A stretch of DNA of 64,000 nucleotides from Promethearchaeota archaeon (GCA_019058365.1 JAHPZE010000005.1:160001-224000), one strand, 5' to 3'. Counted from the stretch's first letter, positions 21,169-31,467 are shown. Notes: a model not told the origin generated them from the sequence alone. Translations and numbers: made by a program.

Positions 21169-21302
21169 ATCTCAACGAAAGGGATTATAAGTTATATTTA
21201 TGAATTAAAAAAAGAAATAAAGGTAAATAGACGTAGATTATTTTCAATAATGAGAAATTTCTTACATCTAATTTAATAAGACTAATTGATATTTATACAA
21301 TA

Positions 21303-21650
21303 ATGATCCAAAAAGTTAAAATGCTTAAGAAGAAGCATTTAAAAGAACTAAAACAAGAATTAAGACGTGTCCTCTCAGAATTAATTAAATTGGGTGCCTT
21401 AAAAATTATACAATTTGGATCATCTGTTAAAGAGGAATTAAGTTTAACTAGTGATATTGATTTAATTGTAATTATTGAAACAAAACAAAATTATATCGAA
21501 CGATCAGCAGAAATTTATAAAAAAGTAAAACCTAAGGAGATTGATTTGCTAGTCTATACCCCAATTGAGTTTAAACGCATGGCAGGGGAAAATTTATTTA
21601 TTCAACATATTTTAAAAGAAGGAAAGGTGATTTATGAGCAAAATAAATAA
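21303..21650 (+). CDS. Minimal nucleotidyltransferase (MNT/MntA-type antitoxin)
   Basis: IIQFGSS...SDIDLIVI, IDLLVYTP.EF, EGKVIYE. Confidence 0.9.
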   Translation: MIQKVKMLKKKHLKELKQELRRVLSELIKLGALKIIQFGSSVKEELSLTSDIDLIVIIETKQNYIERSAEIYKKVKPKEIDLLVYTPIEFKRMAGENLFIQHILKEGKVIYEQNK

Positions 21651-22046
21651 ATATTCTAAGGAAGCAAATAGATGGTTTGAACAAGCATTAGAAGATTTGA
21701 AAAGTGCTAAAATTTTATTTGAAAATGAACGCTATTACCTTGTCTGTTTTATATCTCAACAAATTGTTGAAAAAGCTTTAAAATCTGTGATTTATTTTAA
21801 TAAAGAAGATCTTGTTCTAGGACATTCAGTTAAGAAATTAGCAGACTGGGCTGGCACTTTCGATAAAAGTTTATAAATTTAGGGGAGGATATATCTATCT
21901 TAGATAGTTATTATATTCCGACTAAATATCCTAATGGATTACCCGAGGGAATACCTGCTGAAGTATTTAATAGGAGAGCAGCTAATTATCCATTAGATTT
22001 AGCTGAAAGGACTATTAAAATAGTAAAATCTTATCTAAACTTATAA
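21634..22046 (+). pseudogene. HEPN-domain protein of an MNT-HEPN pair, frameshifted near 21865-21876
   Basis: WFEQALEDL..A, CFISQQIVEKALK, GHSV; after a 1-nt shift in GATAAAAGTTT the frame continues [24 protein letters not shown]...YLNL* to 22046. Confidence 0.85.
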
Positions 22047-22071
22047 AAACACAGTCATTTTCGTGAAACAA
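22012..22071 (+). repeat. 60-bp direct repeat, copy 1
   Basis: CTATTAAAATAGTAAAATCTTATCTAAACTTATAAAAACACAGTCATTTTCGTGAAACAA; 59/60 identical to 23396-23455. Confidence 0.92.
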
Positions 22072-22284
22072 GAATTATAGTTTAAAAGAAGTATAAAATT
22101 GATACTCTAATTAACCACTTTCTTTAACTGAATTTGTAAATTCACAAAATAGAGCCAAAATTTAATTTTATAAAAGGTAATATTATTAAAAAGATTTTTT
22201 TAAAAATTTGAAAATTAGAGAACGGTATTTGTTTATTTAAATACAAATAAAATATACAAAGAATAAGGTATCACATTAAAACTA

Positions 22285-22506
22285 GTGATTTATTTGAAGT
22301 TACCGAAAGAACTACAAGAAAAATTAAATAGAAAAAAAATTATTCCACTGATTCCAAAAAAACATTATTATCCAGTCTGTAATATTGAAATACATTGGAC
22401 TCCTACAAATATTCCAAACATTTTCAAAGGAAATTGTCCTAAATGCAATATGGAATTTACTCATGTTAATGGAAATATTATCGGTGGCATAAAAGTTTCA
22501 CAGTGA
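22285..22506 (+). CDS. Small Zn-ribbon-like hypothetical protein, possibly degenerate
   Basis: YPVC...CPKC; first Cys of the expected first CxxC is missing. Confidence 0.4.
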   Translation: MIYLKLPKELQEKLNRKKIIPLIPKKHYYPVCNIEIHWTPTNIPNIFKGNCPKCNMEFTHVNGNIIGGIKVSQ

Positions 22507-22638
22507 GAATTTTAAGGTATAAGAATAAGAAATTAATACCAGAAAAGTTTATATCTATTTCAATGTATAGAAATATATAAATAAGTATTGTTTTAGAAAG
22601 ATTTAAAGGTAAAAATTAAAAGAATGGGTTGAAAAAGT

Positions 22639-22938
22639 ATGGGAGAAAGCTTATACGGAAAATGTGGCATCGCTACAGTTTCTTCTGGGCTTATAATTTT
22701 TATTATTGCTTTTTTTGTTTCTTCGACATTTGGTTGGTTAATGCCTGAAATTGTTATTATGCTTTTGGTATTTGGGTTTATAATTGATATTGGAGGAATT
22801 GTCTTAGGAAAAATTGGTATTAAAAAAGATGATTTAAGAGAAAATGCAATAAGAGCATTAATTGCTGGAATTATTTTTTTGATTGTAGGAATTTTATTAA
22901 TTATTATTAATATAAATATTAGAGCAATGTTAGGGTAA
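22639..22938 (+). CDS. Small three-TM membrane protein
   Basis: Three hydrophobic segments; GIVLGKIGIKKD. Confidence 0.65.
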   Translation: MGESLYGKCGIATVSSGLIIFIIAFFVSSTFGWLMPEIVIMLLVFGFIIDIGGIVLGKIGIKKDDLRENAIRALIAGIIFLIVGILLIIININIRAMLG

Positions 22939-23180
22939 TTAATGTTTTAAAATAAATTTTTAATAATATTACGATTTATAAGAAAGAATTTTTGTTCTAC
23001 TCAGTAAATTCAAATACTAAGCTAAGGAAAATATTACCAATTATAAAGAAAGGTAATATTATCAAATTAAATGGTAAATTTACTAACACTCAGAAATATT
23101 ATTTTAATTTAAAAATATAGTCTTTGAGAATTATTCTAAGTAATTTTAATTATTATGATTTGAATCAATCTATAATGCTA

Positions 23181-23399
23181 TTAATTTAAAAGCCTGCATT
23201 TTTTTAATTTTATTGACAATCCATTCTTTTCCATGTACTTTATCATGAGGGGGTTCTTTTCCGAATATATACCATATTTATATACAACATCGGTCATAGC
23301 TTGCACATTCTCATGCTTAGCTTTATTAGGAATGCCCAAAACACCACAATCTACAAGATATCCTTCACCATTCTTACAATCTTCAATACATTTTTCTAT
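23181..23399 (-). pseudogene. C-terminal fragment of a uroporphyrinogen decarboxylase / methylcobamide methyltransferase family gene
   Basis: Manual translation IEKCIEDCKNGEGYLVDCGVLGIPNKAKHENVQAMTDVVYKYGIY; cut off at the repeat copy. Confidence 0.7.
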
Positions 23400-23455
23400 T
23401 AAAATAGTAAAATCTTATCTAAACTTATAAAAAAACAGTCATTTTCGTGAAACAA
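23396..23455 (+). repeat. 60-bp direct repeat, copy 2
   Basis: One mismatch (A for C) relative to 22012-22071. Confidence 0.92.
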
Positions 23456-23612
23456 ACCTTTTACGTTGTTTACTATATTTCTCTTTAATATGGAATGAAA
23501 GCAAAATTTTATGGTATATGGGGAGAATCGGAAAATTTTTGGGATTAACAAATATATTTATACAGAATTCCCTTAATATTCCTTATATTCAAATTAGAAT
23601 TCCTTTTAAAAA

Positions 23613-23867
23613 ATGAGATTTCATAAAGATTATCCAAAAATGCCATTCGTATATCATCAAGAAATTTTTGAATGCTTTTCTGAGCCCCATTCTTTAATTA
23701 ACACCTCTTTAGATAGAAATCAGTTTGATTGTGCGCATTGTGGTAAACCACTACACGGAAAAAGATTAAAACGTCATATAAATATATGCCAAAAAACAGC
23801 GATACATTTTTTTTGTTCTAAAGAGTGTAAAAATATGTGGTGTTTCGATACCCAAAAAGGGAGATAA
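23613..23867 (+). CDS. Small TRASH/MYM-like zinc-finger protein
   Basis: CAHCGKPL...HFFCSKECK. Confidence 0.65.
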   Translation: MRFHKDYPKMPFVYHQEIFECFSEPHSLINTSLDRNQFDCAHCGKPLHGKRLKRHINICQKTAIHFFCSKECKNMWCFDTQKGR

Positions 23868-23903
23868 ATTTAAAAATATTTTTTATCTTTTTATAAAAAA
23901 AAC

Positions 23904-24920
23904 TTATAGATGAAATTCAGTTCCAACTATTCCAAAAGTATGAGATGGATGTCTCGACATGATTTTATTAAATTCAAAACCAGTGCAGTGCATTCCACAC
24001 GTTATTTCTGGATTTAATCCTTCAATAAACCGAACTGATTCTTCAATATCTTCCGTTTTTTCCCATTCTTTATGAAATCCACCGATTATGGCATAAATTT
24101 TGTTAATCCCAGTTAATTTCTGCCCATGTTTTATAGTATTTACTATCCCTGTGTGTCCACATCCCGTAATTACTACAAGTCCTTTGTCCTTAACATTAAT
24201 ATAGATTGATATTTCGTCTCTAAATGTATTTTCTTCAAATTCTTTTCTACTTTTCATCAAATAGATCCCTTTTGTTAGTTCTCTGTCATCAAAAACTTCA
24301 ATTTCTCCACTTGTAGCGATCCCGGCTGATAATTTAATAGGATTTTGAGCCTCAATGATTTTAAGTTTATATTGCTTGACTAAATTTTCAATAATATTTC
24401 TATTCAAGGAGGGTAATTTAATACTAAAAAGAAATGCATTTTGTTTTTGTAATTCACTAAATTTCTCTGTTAATGTTTCTGGAGAGTAAAACTCTTGATT
24501 TGATTTAGGAACTAGAATTGTGTTTTGATTATAAGAATTTGGAGTTAAAATTATCTCGCATCCTTCTTTTAATTTAGGAAGGACATTTATCAATCCACCA
24601 AAATGATCCATGTGCCCATGACTTAAGATCAGTTTATCATAATCCTTGAAATCTATACTCATGCCTTCTGCGTTAGATATTATAGAATTTTTGGGTCCTC
24701 CCGTATCTAATAGATACTTTTTTGTCTCCTCTCCTTGTTTTATTTCAATACTCATAGCAAGCCCATGTTCTGCTAAATATTTACTTGCATTAGTATGAGG
24801 TTGTATAACTTTTCCTCCAAATTTTTCTTCAGTTAATAATGTTGAAAGAGTTGTATTTGTGGTCAAAATTCTAATCGTTAAATTACCACTTTCAATACCA
24901 TCTGATATATTTATACTCAT
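23904..24920 (-). CDS. MBL-fold metallo-hydrolase
   Basis: AEHGLA, LLDTG, LSHGHMDHFGG, ITGCGHTG, IGGFH, MHCTG. Confidence 0.9.
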   Translation of the reverse strand: MSINISDGIESGNLTIRILTTNTTLSTLLTEEKFGGKVIQPHTNASKYLAEHGLAMSIEIKQGEETKKYLLDTGGPKNSIISNAEGMSIDFKDYDKLILSHGHMDHFGGLINVLPKLKEGCEIILTPNSYNQNTILVPKSNQEFYSPETLTEKFSELQKQNAFLFSIKLPSLNRNIIENLVKQYKLKIIEAQNPIKLSAGIATSGEIEVFDDRELTKGIYLMKSRKEFEENTFRDEISIYINVKDKGLVVITGCGHTGIVNTIKHGQKLTGINKIYAIIGGFHKEWEKTEDIEESVRFIEGLNPEITCGMHCTGFEFNKIMSRHPSHTFGIVGTEFHL

Positions 24921-25138
24921 TTTAGACTCCTAATTATTAGATTAATATTTTATAATATCATCTATTTTTTTTATATTTAATTCAATTCATCTCTTCTTTT
25001 ATTAAAAAGAAGCCTATTTTTTTGATTATTATTTTCCAGACTTCTTCTCTTTCTTCCTTGAAAGAAGTATTCAATTTGTCTTATAATATCTTAATTTCTT
25101 CATGGAGTTATATCCCTTTTTAAAACGAATAAGATAGA

Positions 25139-25240
25139 TGCGCCGCCCGGGAATTGAACCCGGGTCGCCAGGTAATTGCGAACAATGCCTTTTTCATGGT
25201 TCATGGCAACCTGGCATACTTACCACTATACTAGCAGCGC
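25139..25240 (-). tRNA. tRNA-Gly(GCC) with 30-nt intron at position 37/38 (25174-25203)
   Basis: Minus strand GCGCTGC...CCAGG-TTGCCA-[TGAACC...GCAATT]-A-CCTGG...CCGGG TTCAATT CCCGG GCGGCGC A; TTGC/GCAA central helix of a bulge-helix-bulge. Confidence 0.93.
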
Positions 25241-25303
25241 ATAATTATTAATAATAAGAATATATTAAAAAATTAAAATTTAATGATTCTTTGAAAATCT
25301 GAG

Positions 25304-26332
25304 TTATTGTACAATTTCGGATATAACTTGTTTGATAGTGTTATTGTTTACAAAATCCTCTAATTCTTGGAGACTCTTAGGTAAACCCTCTCGGACACCT
25401 ATTTCCAAACATTCTAAGTAAGACATAGCAGTTGCCATTTTTGATGTTTTCTCAAGAGAGAAATTATTTAGTCGGGAGATTAAGATTCCAGTTAGAAACG
25501 CGTCTCCCGCTCCCGTTGTATCCATAATTGAATCTTCTGCACTATAAACTCCACTATTTATAATAGTCTTTCCATCTGAGATAATTGAACCATTAGGGCC
25601 ATCAGTTATAGAGATTAATTTAATTCCCATGTCCAAGAAATTTTTAATCATAAGAGTTTTTTTATTTTCTCCAGTAAATTCTTGGGCTTCTTCTAAATTC
25701 ATAGATACTACATCAGAATTGGAAATTAGAATTTTTGCCCAATGTGAAGCATTTTTTATAATTGACATACTAGGAGCAGCAAAAACCATACCACCCTTGT
25801 CTTTTGTCAATGTTATTGCTTTTTCTATAGCTTTACACCCATCATCAGAAGTTAAAGATGTCCAAGCGAATGCTTTAACATTCCCAAATAATTTTTCGTT
25901 AATATCTGAAGGTTCTAATAGATTATTAGCACCTTTATAAGCAAGAATACTTCGATCTTTTCCCCATGGAGTTCTTAATATTATGGATAACGCTGTTGTA
26001 TCTCTCTCAGTTTGAATTACTTGAGATAGGTCTACACCCCGCTTCCTTAAATCGGTAAGACAAATTTCTGCTGAAAAATCGTTACCCATTACGCCAATAT
26101 AAGCACTATTTAATCCTAGCATTGAACCATTTGCAGCAATATTAGCACCTGACCCGCCTGGTACAAATCTAACACTTTTAACATTCAATTTACGAGAGTA
26201 TTCAATCGCTGTATACTTTTTAATAATATCTTTATCGAATAATTCAAAACGTAATATATCGTCAATCTCAATCATAATATCTAAAGTGTTACTCCCAATC
26301 GCAATTAATTCTGGGAAATTCATATTTATCAC
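25304..26332 (-). CDS. PfkB-family carbohydrate kinase
   Basis: PGGSGANIA, IGVMGND, SMNLEEA, DTTGAGDAF. Confidence 0.92.
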   Translation of the reverse strand: MINMNFPELIAIGSNTLDIMIEIDDILRFELFDKDIIKKYTAIEYSRKLNVKSVRFVPGGSGANIAANGSMLGLNSAYIGVMGNDFSAEICLTDLRKRGVDLSQVIQTERDTTALSIILRTPWGKDRSILAYKGANNLLEPSDINEKLFGNVKAFAWTSLTSDDGCKAIEKAITLTKDKGGMVFAAPSMSIIKNASHWAKILISNSDVVSMNLEEAQEFTGENKKTLMIKNFLDMGIKLISITDGPNGSIISDGKTIINSGVYSAEDSIMDTTGAGDAFLTGILISRLNNFSLEKTSKMATAMSYLECLEIGVREGLPKSLQELEDFVNNNTIKQVISEIVQ

Positions 26333-26462
26333 TTAAAAAATACAAAATTTTGATTTGTAGAATAAGTTTAAAATAGACATAAATCTTTTAATAATTTTGC
26401 TAAGAAATAATTTTTAGAAAATTTGAAGATTAGATTTATTCGTTGTTTTTCATTTATTGGTA

Positions 26463-27041
26463 TCATGATTCTTCTTTACTTTTGCTAACAAGCTTTCCCA
26501 TTTTTTTTGTCATGCGATGTGTAAGCTCTAGAAAGGCTTTTTCAACATTATCTCCACTTTTAGCTGATGTTTCAATATACAAACAGCCTTCTTTTTTAGC
26601 ATATTCCTCTACTTCACTCCTATCTATTATTTGACCAATTTCTGGAATTAAATCGGATTTATTCCCTATTATTACACTGGGGATATCATCAATTACTAGA
26701 CTCCGCATTTCTGAAAGCCATTCTTTCATACTTGAAAATGTTTGATGTCTTGAAAGATCAAATACAACCAATGCTCCAAATGCGCCTTCGTAAAAGCTAT
26801 GATGGAGAAATTTAAATTTTTCCTGACCTCCTATATCCCATATATGGAGTTTTACAAATTTTTCTGGTACGTATTCTATAGTTTTAGTTAAAAAATCAAC
26901 ACCAATAGTCAATTTATATTTTAAAGTAAATTCATTGTGCACGAACCTGTTTAATAGACTCGTTTTTCCTACTGCACCGGGCCCAATAATAATAACTTTG
27001 AAGCTTAAGATGGTGCTTGTTGCATTTGAGTTGTTATTCAT
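26463..27041 (-). CDS. Rab-like small GTPase
   Basis: GPGAVGKT, TIGVDF, WDIGGQE, GNKSD, ETSAK; no C-terminal Cys. Confidence 0.93.
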   Translation of the reverse strand: MNNNSNATSTILSFKVIIIGPGAVGKTSLLNRFVHNEFTLKYKLTIGVDFLTKTIEYVPEKFVKLHIWDIGGQEKFKFLHHSFYEGAFGALVVFDLSRHQTFSSMKEWLSEMRSLVIDDIPSVIIGNKSDLIPEIGQIIDRSEVEEYAKKEGCLYIETSAKSGDNVEKAFLELTHRMTKKMGKLVSKSKEES

Positions 27042-27313
27042 TATATATCACCAGTTGGTGCAGTAATAGACTAACCAAATTAATGGAACATTTCCTAGAG
27101 TGATACATTTTTAATGCTAATTTTAATTTTATATTAGATCTATAATTATTTGTTATGTTTTTAAGTTTAATCAAAAGTATATTATTTTTTTGAAAATATC
27201 GGGATATTGAATTATCATCTTTACAAATAGATATTAATTAAATACTGACAATAGAATCAATTTTTATAAATTTTTGTTAAAAATATAAGCAAGTGAAAAA
27301 CAAAAAAATAATT

Positions 27314-28021
27314 TTATTCGTCTGATTTCAGTCGATTTAACTCTTTCTCTAATTCGGCTATCTTTTGATCAGATGTACCAGAAGCGGCACTAGGTAAGGC
27401 AACTCCCATTTCTACTTGGATTTCGGCATCAATTTCCCCTAAAACGTCCTTGACATCAGTATCGGTAACTGCTGTATCGACCATTATGTCACTTATTCCA
27501 TCAGTTGTGATTTCCTCGGTAACAGCAAAGTCTTCCATATCAACTCCAATAGAGGTCATCATTTCTGTAAGTTGAGGTATAGAAAGTTGGTTCTTTAATG
27601 CGCCTAGGCTTGCTGCAATCCCTTTCATTACTTCAGCAACATCCTTTACTGCATGAGCTTGTTCCAATTTAAACACCATTCCTTCAAGGTTTGTTCTGAA
27701 AAGGTCAATTGCTCTAGCTTGTTTTTTTACTTGTAAATAGTTACGAGCATGAAATTCTGAACCTTGCAAATCACCTTGTTTTCGAAGATTTACAGCCTTA
27801 TCTCTAGCTAGTTTTGCTGACATTTCCATTTTTTTAGTCTGTCTCGTCAGACGTTTGTTAAAAACTTTCAATTTAACTGTAGCAGTGCGGACATTATCAG
27901 TTTTTTTTCCACCAGACAGCCATTTTGAGATATCTTTTAGAAAACCCATCTTTATCAAATCTAATAAGTAATTATATAATATATAAATGCTATGATTGGT
28001 ATTTAATTTTTTGGAGACCAA
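27314..28021 (-). CDS. ESCRT-III subunit, Vps2/24/46 (CHMP1-like); true start probably MGFLKD near 27949
   Basis: Amphipathic MGFLKDISKWL; basic helical hairpin; acidic half; C-terminal ELEKELNRLK (MIM1-like). Confidence 0.88.
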   Translation of the reverse strand: MVSKKLNTNHSIYILYNYLLDLIKMGFLKDISKWLSGGKKTDNVRTATVKLKVFNKRLTRQTKKMEMSAKLARDKAVNLRKQGDLQGSEFHARNYLQVKKQARAIDLFRTNLEGMVFKLEQAHAVKDVAEVMKGIAASLGALKNQLSIPQLTEMMTSIGVDMEDFAVTEEITTDGISDIMVDTAVTDTDVKDVLGEIDAEIQVEMGVALPSAASGTSDQKIAELEKELNRLKSDE

Positions 28022-28137
28022 TCATTATTCTCCTTAGGTTAAAGAGTAAATTTGATATATGCTGATAAAATTATTAATATTACTAATTGTTAAATTAGAT
28101 TAGCTATAAATAATAAAATTATTTTTATGAAGTTATT

Positions 28138-29355
28138 ATGTCGTCAGTTGATTCGAAACTTTATCAATATGCTGTTCAAACGGCAAAGGAGGCAGTTGCT
28201 TTAGATAGCCAAGGAAAATTTCGTCAAGCAATAAATAAATACAATAGAGCTTCAGAAATTCTAATGCAGTTCATGAAATACAACAAAAATCCTCAGATGA
28301 GGATTTTATGTCAAAAAAATATCGAAGAATATGTTGAACGAGCAAAAATATTAAAATCTCAACTTGGAGGAGTTAGACCTAGAGGTGCAAGACCTAGTAC
28401 AAGTTCTGGTGCGGCGGGGGATGTTGATAGTGGTAAAACTGAGGTGGGTGTATCATCCGAAGAACAAGAACTCATTGATATGATATCGGGAACAATCGTT
28501 ACAGAATCTCCTAATGTAAAATGGAATGATATTGCTGGATTAGAAAATGTTAAACAAGCAGTAAGAGAAGCCATAGTATTACCAATGGCAAAACCAGAAT
28601 TATTTACTGGTGCGAGAAAGCCTTGGTCTGGTATATTACTATTTGGTCCTCCTGGATGCGGTAAAACATTATTAGCTAAAGCAGCTGCAACTGAATGTAA
28701 CGCTACTTTTTTTAGTGCATCTTCTGCTGATTTACTAAGTAAATGGTTAGGTGAAAGTGAAAAATTAATCAGTTCTTTATTTAAAGTTGCGAGGTTAAAA
28801 GCTCCTAGTTTAATATTTATGGATGAAATTGACTCAGTAGCAACAAAACGGGGAGAGGGTTCTGAGAGTGGTGGCGAGCGAAGAGTCAAAACACAGCTAT
28901 TAAGTGAAATACAAGGATTAAAATCGTCTCATGAAAAACTATTATTGGTATTAGGGGCAACAAATCGCCCTTGGGATATCGACAATGCTATGTTAAGTAG
29001 ATTTGAAAAAAGGGTGCATGTACCTCTTCCAGATTTAAAAGGTAGAGCGGGGATTTTTAAAATCCACACTGAAGGTGTAAATACAGCATTAACAGATGAA
29101 GATTTTGTAGAATTAGCAGTAAGGAGTGAAGGTTATTCTGGAAGAGATATTGCAAATGTATGTCGCGAAGTTATAATGTTGCCTGTACGTGAGTTAGATA
29201 TGAGCGGACTTTTAGAAGATTCAAATAAAGAAGTTACTGTTAGAGACATCACATTAAAAGATTTCAAAAAAACACTTAAAAAAGTAAAACCGATGACCAA
29301 TGCTGCATTATTAAGACAATATAATGCTTGGGCAGAAGAATTCGGAGAATTTTAA
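28138..29355 (+). CDS. vps4: Vps4 AAA+ ATPase (MIT plus AAA)
   Basis: MIT (AKEAVALDSQG...EYVERAKILK), GPPGCGKT, SKWLGESEK, DEID, ATNRPW, FGE C-terminus. Confidence 0.95.
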   Translation: MSSVDSKLYQYAVQTAKEAVALDSQGKFRQAINKYNRASEILMQFMKYNKNPQMRILCQKNIEEYVERAKILKSQLGGVRPRGARPSTSSGAAGDVDSGKTEVGVSSEEQELIDMISGTIVTESPNVKWNDIAGLENVKQAVREAIVLPMAKPELFTGARKPWSGILLFGPPGCGKTLLAKAAATECNATFFSASSADLLSKWLGESEKLISSLFKVARLKAPSLIFMDEIDSVATKRGEGSESGGERRVKTQLLSEIQGLKSSHEKLLLVLGATNRPWDIDNAMLSRFEKRVHVPLPDLKGRAGIFKIHTEGVNTALTDEDFVELAVRSEGYSGRDIANVCREVIMLPVRELDMSGLLEDSNKEVTVRDITLKDFKKTLKKVKPMTNAALLRQYNAWAEEFGEF

Positions 29356-29364
29356 ACAACTAAA

Positions 29365-30267
29365 ATGATAAAGATGGAAAGACACAGAGAAGAATCAAGT
29401 GAAATACCAAAGGAAATTAAAGTAAAAGCTGAAAAAGAGCTAAAAGAATTAAGGAATGAGCTTGCTAGGTTAAGACAGTTAAAAAAAGAAAAAGAACAAT
29501 TGGAAACAGAAGCAACTCAAAAACAAATCATTAAGCAAGAAGAGATTAAGACTACAGAATTAGACTATATAGAAGACCAATTTGACAAACTTGAAGAAAT
29601 TTTATCATCTAAGCGAGGTGAGATTGATAATAAAGTCTATCAACAACATGCTGATCAAATCGAAGCAGATTTGCAATCTCTTGAAGAAGAAATTATCGGA
29701 GAAAAGGGTTTAATAGAAAAAAAATTAACTGCTTATGATAATTTATTAGATGCTTATCCTTGGCTTGAGGAGGAAAGGAAAAAGTTTATGTATACGATGC
29801 CAGACAAAAATAAAGCCAAAATGGATTATATATCTTGGAAAACAGAATGGGCAAAAGTTCTCTTTGATTATGTGAGGTTTGCTGTACTTCACATTATTTA
29901 TACTAGAGAATTAATTACTCATAAACCATTTTCGAGTTTCACTCAGCGAGAGCATTACATTATAGAAATCGCTGAACAATTAATTAGTCAAAACCAAGCC
30001 AAATGGCTCTCAAAAAAGAAAGATAAATTAAGAGTCTATTGGAAAACACTTGATGTATGGTCAGATGAAATATATAATTGGGCATATGAAAATGGAAAAA
30101 TCGAGCCAATTATGATATATGAATTAAGAGAAGCAAAACAAGAAGACTTTAGTTCACTTCCATTAGAAGATTTGGAAGAGATTTTTAAGATTCTAGCAAA
30201 AAACCGTAAAGCAAAAGTTATGAAATTAGAGAATGGACAAATGGCTTTTAAAATAAAATTAGAATAA
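29365..30267 (+). CDS. vps25: ESCRT-II Vps25-like protein with N-terminal coiled coil
   Basis: SWKTEWAKVLFDY, VYWKTLDVWSDEIYNWA winged-helix pattern; adjacent to vps4. Confidence 0.82.
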   Translation: MIKMERHREESSEIPKEIKVKAEKELKELRNELARLRQLKKEKEQLETEATQKQIIKQEEIKTTELDYIEDQFDKLEEILSSKRGEIDNKVYQQHADQIEADLQSLEEEIIGEKGLIEKKLTAYDNLLDAYPWLEEERKKFMYTMPDKNKAKMDYISWKTEWAKVLFDYVRFAVLHIIYTRELITHKPFSSFTQREHYIIEIAEQLISQNQAKWLSKKKDKLRVYWKTLDVWSDEIYNWAYENGKIEPIMIYELREAKQEDFSSLPLEDLEEIFKILAKNRKAKVMKLENGQMAFKIKLE

Positions 30268-30272
30268 AATTC

Positions 30273-30986
30273 TCATATTGAGGGAAAGTACCATTGTTTC
30301 CCAGTTAAGATATTTTCCCTGAATTTAGCAATACCACTTTTTTCTAGGGATTCTAAAGCACGGAGAGTACGATCTTGTGACCATTCCAAGCTAGCACATA
30401 CATCTTCTAAAGTAAGAACACCTTTCTTTCTGGCTAAATCAACAACCTTTGCTTCATCACTCGTATATTCAATAGGAAAAAATTTTACAATGATTGCTCC
30501 TGAATCTAATTGGTTTATATCCTCAATTACCTTCGTTTTTTTCAACAATCTTAAAGATTTCTCGACATCTTTTACTTCAATATTTCCATTTAAAATTCCC
30601 GTATTTACTAATTCAAAGACTTCTGATAAGGGGATAATTCCTCCAGTTTCCTCTTTACTCATTAATACTCTTTGGTATGCTAACATTCCTAACTTTTGAT
30701 GATCAATTTTCGAGAATTTTCTCAATACATCATGCTCGGTTATTTGCTCAGTAATAATTTTTGAAGAGGGAATATTATATTTATTCTGTAATTGTTTTAC
30801 TTCTTTTCTTAATTCTGGTGTTAATGCTAATAAAACACCATGCTTCTTCGCTAATTCTCGCAGTTTATCTTTTGTAAATTTTTCAACAGACGCTTTTGCT
30901 TGCATATCTTTCATTTTCAGCTCAGTAGCTTTTTTTTTCATCGCTTCTTTTAGATCAATCTCATCTTCTATCTTTCGAATACCCAT
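30273..30986 (-). CDS. ESCRT-II Vps22/36 (EAP30)-like protein
   Basis: MGIRKI, ETGGIIPLSEV, tandem winged helices ending LEWSQDRTLRALESL...QWYFPS. Confidence 0.85.
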   Translation of the reverse strand: MGIRKIEDEIDLKEAMKKKATELKMKDMQAKASVEKFTKDKLRELAKKHGVLLALTPELRKEVKQLQNKYNIPSSKIITEQITEHDVLRKFSKIDHQKLGMLAYQRVLMSKEETGGIIPLSEVFELVNTGILNGNIEVKDVEKSLRLLKKTKVIEDINQLDSGAIIVKFFPIEYTSDEAKVVDLARKKGVLTLEDVCASLEWSQDRTLRALESLEKSGIAKFRENILTGKQWYFPSI

Positions 30987-31022
30987 TTTTAGATAACACT
31001 ATTTTTTAATACCTTTATTGAT

Positions 31023-31049
31023 TAATTATAGAATCTTTCATATAATTAT
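31023..31049 (+). repeat. Left terminal quasi-palindromic site of the integrated element
   Basis: TAATTATAGAATCTTTCATATAATTAT; 24/27 identical to the reverse complement of 44978-45004. Confidence 0.55.
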
Positions 31050-31467
31050 TTCTAACTATATAATTGAACTCCTTTCTTAACCAGATCTTTTCTATAATAT
31101 AATAATTTATTCTAATAATTAATTTGATTTACTTACTCTTATAATATAATAATATTTCTTTAATTTAATTGTTATGAATTACTTTCATTAACAAGAATTT
31201 AGAAAAAAATCTTAAAATTTCTTTTTCCACTAAAAATTTGGATAAACATAAAAAACTCATTAAATATATAAACTCTTAAATTAGATATAAGAATTTCTTA
31301 TTTCAAAATGAATATTAATTCTTTTGTATTTCAGCTAGATTCTAAATTTAAAACAAATTTAAAAGTATTAAATATTACTTAAATATTAGATAATTTTAAA
31401 TTGTTAAGAAATTAAAAAGAATAGATGAAAATCTTTTTTATATTAAAATATTAGAGAAGATTATATT

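Noticed and set aside
22173-23062. AAAGGTAATATTAT 14-mer at 22173 and 23049
   Set aside because: AT-rich and short; cannot be distinguished from promoter-like background.
23233-23430. 65-aa plus-strand ORF
   Set aside because: It is the antisense of the URO-D fragment fused to the duplicated HEPN tail ([10 protein letters not shown]).
19601-25240. tRNA genes as attachment sites for the integrase element
   Set aside because: No partial tRNA duplicate was seen at either element end, and core genes separate the tRNAs from the element.
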